DNA of 53,420 bases, filler included, from Basidiobolus ranarum (taxonomy: Eukaryota), in the NCBI GenBank assembly GCA_040143965.1. It is 3 parts of 3 records of this genome, joined end to end, with 100 filler letters (N's around TTAATTAATTAA, not from the genome) between each part and the next. Parts side by side here need not be neighbours in the genome. Positions count along the whole stretch, not along the records: positions 35,692 to 53,420 come from JASJQH010007170.1; 2 more parts are not named here. One strand, 5' to 3'. Positions 49,073 through 53,420 of the stretch are shown here, piece after piece; the first letter of the stretch is position 1, and every line of letters starts with the position of its first letter. The translations under genes were made by a program, and so were the position numbers. The notes under the pieces are model-generated. The model made no database searches. It saw only the letters and a program-made list of their open reading frames with translations, and was not told the DNA's origin.

Positions 49073-50811
49073 GATGACGAATAGATAAGGAAGACCGGTG
49101 TGGTAAAGAGAAAGCGTACTTGGCCAACTATTTGAATCAATGAGATTGAAAATGCGTAAGAAAAAAAAATCACTTAATTATGTGATTGACAAATATAGGA
49201 TTAATTACAACGGAGATCTATACCATTATTGGCTCATAATTATAGTAGTTAATAGCAATACCAGTATATTATTTGTTTACGTTGCCTTGTCTATGAGATG
49301 TCAAAATCTGATTTGATGCTTTCATCAACTTTTAACATAACGTATTTCAACCGTCATACTACACATACAAGATGATATGATAGCCTCTACTTAGCAACAA
49401 GTATAAAACTGAAAATCAACAAATTCGTGGCTAGTATAGAACTTGGACATCTGTTCGTCAAGTATATGTATATGAAGTTCTCTAAATAGCATCACTTGTC
49501 AAGATACGATGAGGGTTTTGCTACAACTATCATATATAAAGTCTTCAGGTATTCATCATATGTATATGTTAGTTATTGAAGATGTCAGATATGCGTCATT
49601 ATTTCATTGATTGATTCAATTTCATGGGGTTATATTTTCTCAAGGCAAATTCAATGCCAAGAAAAGGGCGATGAGTAATTCACGTGTTACAAAAGCCTAC
49701 AATGTTACACCCATTATTCACTCATAGAGGTTCTCTTCTGGAACGGAATCAAAAAACCCGATGTTTGCACGTTCAAATCACTCTATTGATTTAGACCCAA
49801 GAGCTTCAATAGAACATTGGAGTCTCCAATTGCGCCTCTCGCAATCACACCATTATATATGCAATAGCCAACTACGTAGGAATGGCTCACCTTACGGTCA
49901 AAACAGCGAATAGATAATTGTCAATCATGGCCAACATATGCTGTACACAGGCTAAAGAAGCACATAATATCTACGCAAAAGTAGCCATTGATTGATATGT
50001 AATCTGGGACTATTTTAAGCAAGAAGTGCACTGGAATAATCTGTTTGATCAGGTTTATTCAAAACAGCCACCACGTTTATTGGATATGAAATCCATCGTT
50101 TACTCTAATAACCCAAGCAAGTTGAAGAGTAGTTTAAACTATTGTGTATCACTAACTACTTTTCCAAAGCCTATTTACATCTGCTGCACCAGTGACACCT
50201 TCGTTACGTAAAATTAGTTGACCCTTGGAGGGGTATGATTGGACCAAATAGTAGCTAAAAGTACACTATGGACTGATATAATTAACTTATCTATATGTGT
50301 TATTGAATCGATTTATACGAGTGTCTTATGAATTAATTGGTATGTCCCCTATCCACCAACGTAAACAAATTTCCTAACTGGAGTGAGAAGTAAGTCTTTG
50401 GAGAACAACCACACAAAATCCACACAAATGGCTGGGGGAAAGCGAGGTAAGATTGGTCTAATTTAAACTAGTGAGTAAATATACATCTGCATTTCTGACC
50501 ATTACACAGTCCAGAGCTTGTTTGCCTGACGCCATTAACCAAATGTGACATCTGGCTAACCAACTTGTGACTTCATTTAACCCCAACCGGGCTATCTGAA
50601 AATACTTGCAATGCAAAGAGCCGACGTCTAAAACTACGGGTAGCCTGAATCACTTGGCTGAAATCAAACAGTTGCATAATGTGTTTGATAAAAGTAGGGA
50701 ACTTGAGTAAATTAGTTAGTCACTCTGTTTATGCATAGAGGCTACATACACATTGTAGTATTCATGTGTATTTAGGGGATAGAGGTGGTCCTACATTGCT
50801 TGCTGATTAGC

Positions 50812-51342
50812 ATGGAGATTGCCAAAGCTGGGGCTAACAATAAATTCCTAGTCTGTAAAAGTTTCAGTTCCGGTCGCAGCTGAGGGAGTAAACCTTTGTT
50901 TTGTTTGATTATTATTATATTTACCGATAGGGGAGACCAGTGGTACAGATTATGTTCCATAATCAATGAATGGGCACTATGATTGGGGTGACCGTCACCA
51001 TCTACTGATTCCAAAGGCTTGCCTCGTGGAAACCCAAGGGCATCTAGACCAGTCACATCAGAATGTCTTCTTCAGATATGACCCAACCAAAACACAATCT
51101 CCCACTTCAGGCTGGATTCCGGAATTCCATTGGCCATCATCTACCAATTCGACGCAGAATCGAGATCATTTATCCACTGTGATTCAGCTCATGTCCATAT
51201 CCACAAGTCGGTCACTCGTTACAAATCAGGTGAATCTATTCTGGAAGGTAATTTCGCTTGCAGATTCATATACTTGGAGATCGCACAATGGACAGCCTTT
51301 AGTGAGCAGTTACGTGATTGGGCCACATCGGCCAACGCCTAA
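50812..51342 (+). pseudogene. Probable disrupted coding sequence, family unknown
   Basis: Overlapping plus-strand frames join by a single-base shift near 51085 (..VFFRYDP/NQNTISHFRLDSGIPLAIIYQFDAESRSF..). Upstream in-frame stops. Confidence 0.3.
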
Positions 51343-51953
51343 AATAAGGCGCTGTGAAAAGCACGCAAGGAAAATCATAAGCTCTTGTTTGGGAAGCATG
51401 ACATAAATAGCAGTGGTACATGATTATACTTATCCTATCAAGGAGGATTAATTGGTCCCATCAGGAATCTGAGAATTAGTGGAATGACTGATATCTAATC
51501 AGCAAATGACAATCAAATTCAATTTAAATCGATTTTCTTGTTATTGTGGTTTCTCGTCATTTCCAGCCAATGGGCGTGGCTTCATCCTTCTCTGTAGGAA
51601 TAGTGCTTTTTATTTTATTGTTTTGGTTTTAGTTAATACATTGTGGCCTGCGTATACATTACAAAGCCATACATATATTATACATATAGGGTGAGAGGGA
51701 GAATGTATCACAGCCGGAGAAAGGCTGGGTGGATGTGCCTTAACTTGAATTCCATTCTGGGAACTCTGTTTAGTGAAACATGTAAGCTGAATGCTCTGGG
51801 TAGGATCGTATAAAAGGGAAGTGAGGAACCCTAGATATCCCAACTCTATTCGCACACTCACTCATCAATGAATATTTGCTGATTACCAAAGCAACATTCG
51901 GCCATTTTACACGCCCTCAAATACATTGCCTCACCCACAAATTATCTTGGATT

Positions 51954-52688
51954 ATGAATACATTAAGCTCATTACCGAATTCAATATTCGATGGTTTTAG
52001 CCATCTAGAGGATGACCTGTTATTGTCCAAACTATGGTCCAATAACGCCTCATCCACCCTAAACTCCTCCAAAACCACCAGCAATGATGGAATGATGGAT
52101 TACACGGAGATAGTAGATGTAGTATCAGACTTATGCTATTCCATCTGGCACATGAATGACGTGCCATTCACTTGTTTTGCTCCCCCAGATTTCAAACAAT
52201 TCTGTCGGTATCTTCTAAACCGCACCCAGCTATCTTGGTCAGTGATCATCATTGGTTTGATGTACCTCCATCGTTACCGTCAGGGACACCCTGATGACTC
52301 AGATTTGTTTGATGAATGCCAGTTGATAACCGTCGCGTTAATGTTGGCCATGAAATTTCACGAGGACGTGACATACAGCAACCGCTCGTGGTCTACAGCC
52401 AGTGGAATCCCGGTGGAAGAACTCAACCAACTGGAGATGTTATTTTTAACAAGCGACTTGGATTTATTCTTGAACTGTGAACAGTACCAAACCTGGCTAC
52501 TCTTCCTGGAAGAGTTCTTATCACATGTAGATAGAATTCAAGCGCAAACATGTTATCTCCCTGTCAGTCCACAATTTCCCAATTTTTTGGAAGAATTACC
52601 TATCACTCCGCTAGACATTGAGACGCAGGTCTCTTGTTTTGACGATTCATTAGCTAGTTGGGATCTTGAATTGTCGGATTTCTTCTAA
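51954..52688 (+). CDS. PHO85-type (PCL/Clg1-like) cyclin
   Basis: First ATG at 51954. Cyclin box FKQFCRYLLNRTQLS..VIIIGLMYLHR, LITVALMLAMKFHEDVTYSNRSWSTASGIPVEELNQLEMLFL. TATAAAAG at 51809. Confidence 0.9.
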   Translation: MNTLSSLPNSIFDGFSHLEDDLLLSKLWSNNASSTLNSSKTTSNDGMMDYTEIVDVVSDLCYSIWHMNDVPFTCFAPPDFKQFCRYLLNRTQLSWSVIIIGLMYLHRYRQGHPDDSDLFDECQLITVALMLAMKFHEDVTYSNRSWSTASGIPVEELNQLEMLFLTSDLDLFLNCEQYQTWLLFLEEFLSHVDRIQAQTCYLPVSPQFPNFLEELPITPLDIETQVSCFDDSLASWDLELSDFF

Positions 52689-53087
52689 ACTCTTTCGAAG
52701 CTTTATCCATCACGCTTCATTCGTCATTTACCCATGCTACTCGTGTACTTTTCAATCGTTTATTTCCCAACTCCCACTCCCAATCGAACCAAATTTTTAC
52801 TCGAATCCTGGCTGATTACAGATGTAATTTTATTCAAAATCACCACCCTTCGTACATTGTACTCGTCCTGCATTAGACTTAAATTTGTAAATAAGTAACA
52901 AAATTCAACTTCTGATCATCGTCACCGTCCATCCCGTACCGTCCGTTCCTATTTCAGTGGAATCATAGTTTTGTAAATGATGTAAATAGTTTCGGAAAGT
53001 CATTTCTGTTGAACATAAATTAGGTAATATTTGTTACCACCTTCATCTCGAACATTTTTCGGATTTCCTCCTACTTCTAACTTGATA

Positions 53088-53420
53088 CAATGAGGAGTGT
53101 CGGGACACCCCCTTAACGAAGGTTTAGTCCTAGCTCCACTTACGACATACCCGTGCTCTTCCCGTAATTAACCGACTGTGATTTTTGCTTAACAGCAAAA
53201 ATCATTCAGGTTTTTATCTTGCTGCAAGGCTTCCTTCAGATCTTTTATAACATAATCCTCCTTGGTGCTATCAAAGTGTTTGGGCGTTGGTTTGTAAATG
53301 ACTACATCAGCAGAGTAACCATCAGTTTTTGTAAGATTTGCAAAAACATTTTTTGCGTGATGACGCCCACTTTTCTTCTGCTCTCTAAAACTACAATGCG
53401 TGTTAATTACATACCCTTAT
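53088..53420 (-). mobile_element. Truncated Fanzor1 (TnpB-derived)-like element fragment with structured 3' end
   Basis: Minus frame 53389-53189 FREQKK...NVFANLTKTDGYSADVVIYK...DLKEALQQDKNL resembles the F.N.I.TDG.S.D motif that precedes RuvC-I in fungal Fanzor1. It breaks off before any DPG and runs into several hairpins (53093-53204). Confidence 0.5.

Overview
AT-rich, intron-containing eukaryotic DNA from an early-diverging fungus. Gene content suggests Zoopagomycota/Mucoromycota, possibly Basidiobolus-like; this is inference only. The window is three contigs joined by artificial 100-nt linkers (N44-TTAATTAATTAA-N44 at 17758-17857 and 35592-35691), so adjacency across the linkers is not established. 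Contig 1 (1-17757) is gene-poor and accessory-like: a Fungal_trans transcription factor, a secreted bacterial-type MBL-fold hydrolase, a GPI-anchored 8-Cys protein, a secreted Kunitz/beta-trefoil-like protein, pseudogene debris, foldback repeats and LINE remnants. Contig 2 (17858-35591) carries two 7TM-RGS paralogs, an RRM-RGG-RRM protein, a 10-exon secreted Cys-repeat gene largely missed by the ORF track, a MATE transporter with a 10-nt micro-exon, a secreted His1 LPMO-like protein that I cannot assign to a family, a YcjY-like alpha/beta hydrolase plus a paralog fragment, tRNA-Leu(CAG) and LINE debris. Contig 3 (35692-53420) is mostly housekeeping (Pbp1/ataxin-2, mitochondrial RRM protein, NDUFA13, POLD2, CHCH-like protein, RIP1, ICL1, NTF2, PCL-type cyclin). 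It ends in a Fanzor1 (TnpB-derived)-like fragment fused to a structured candidate omegaRNA/right end. The best leads are the unclassified histidine-brace protein and the Fanzor-like remnant.
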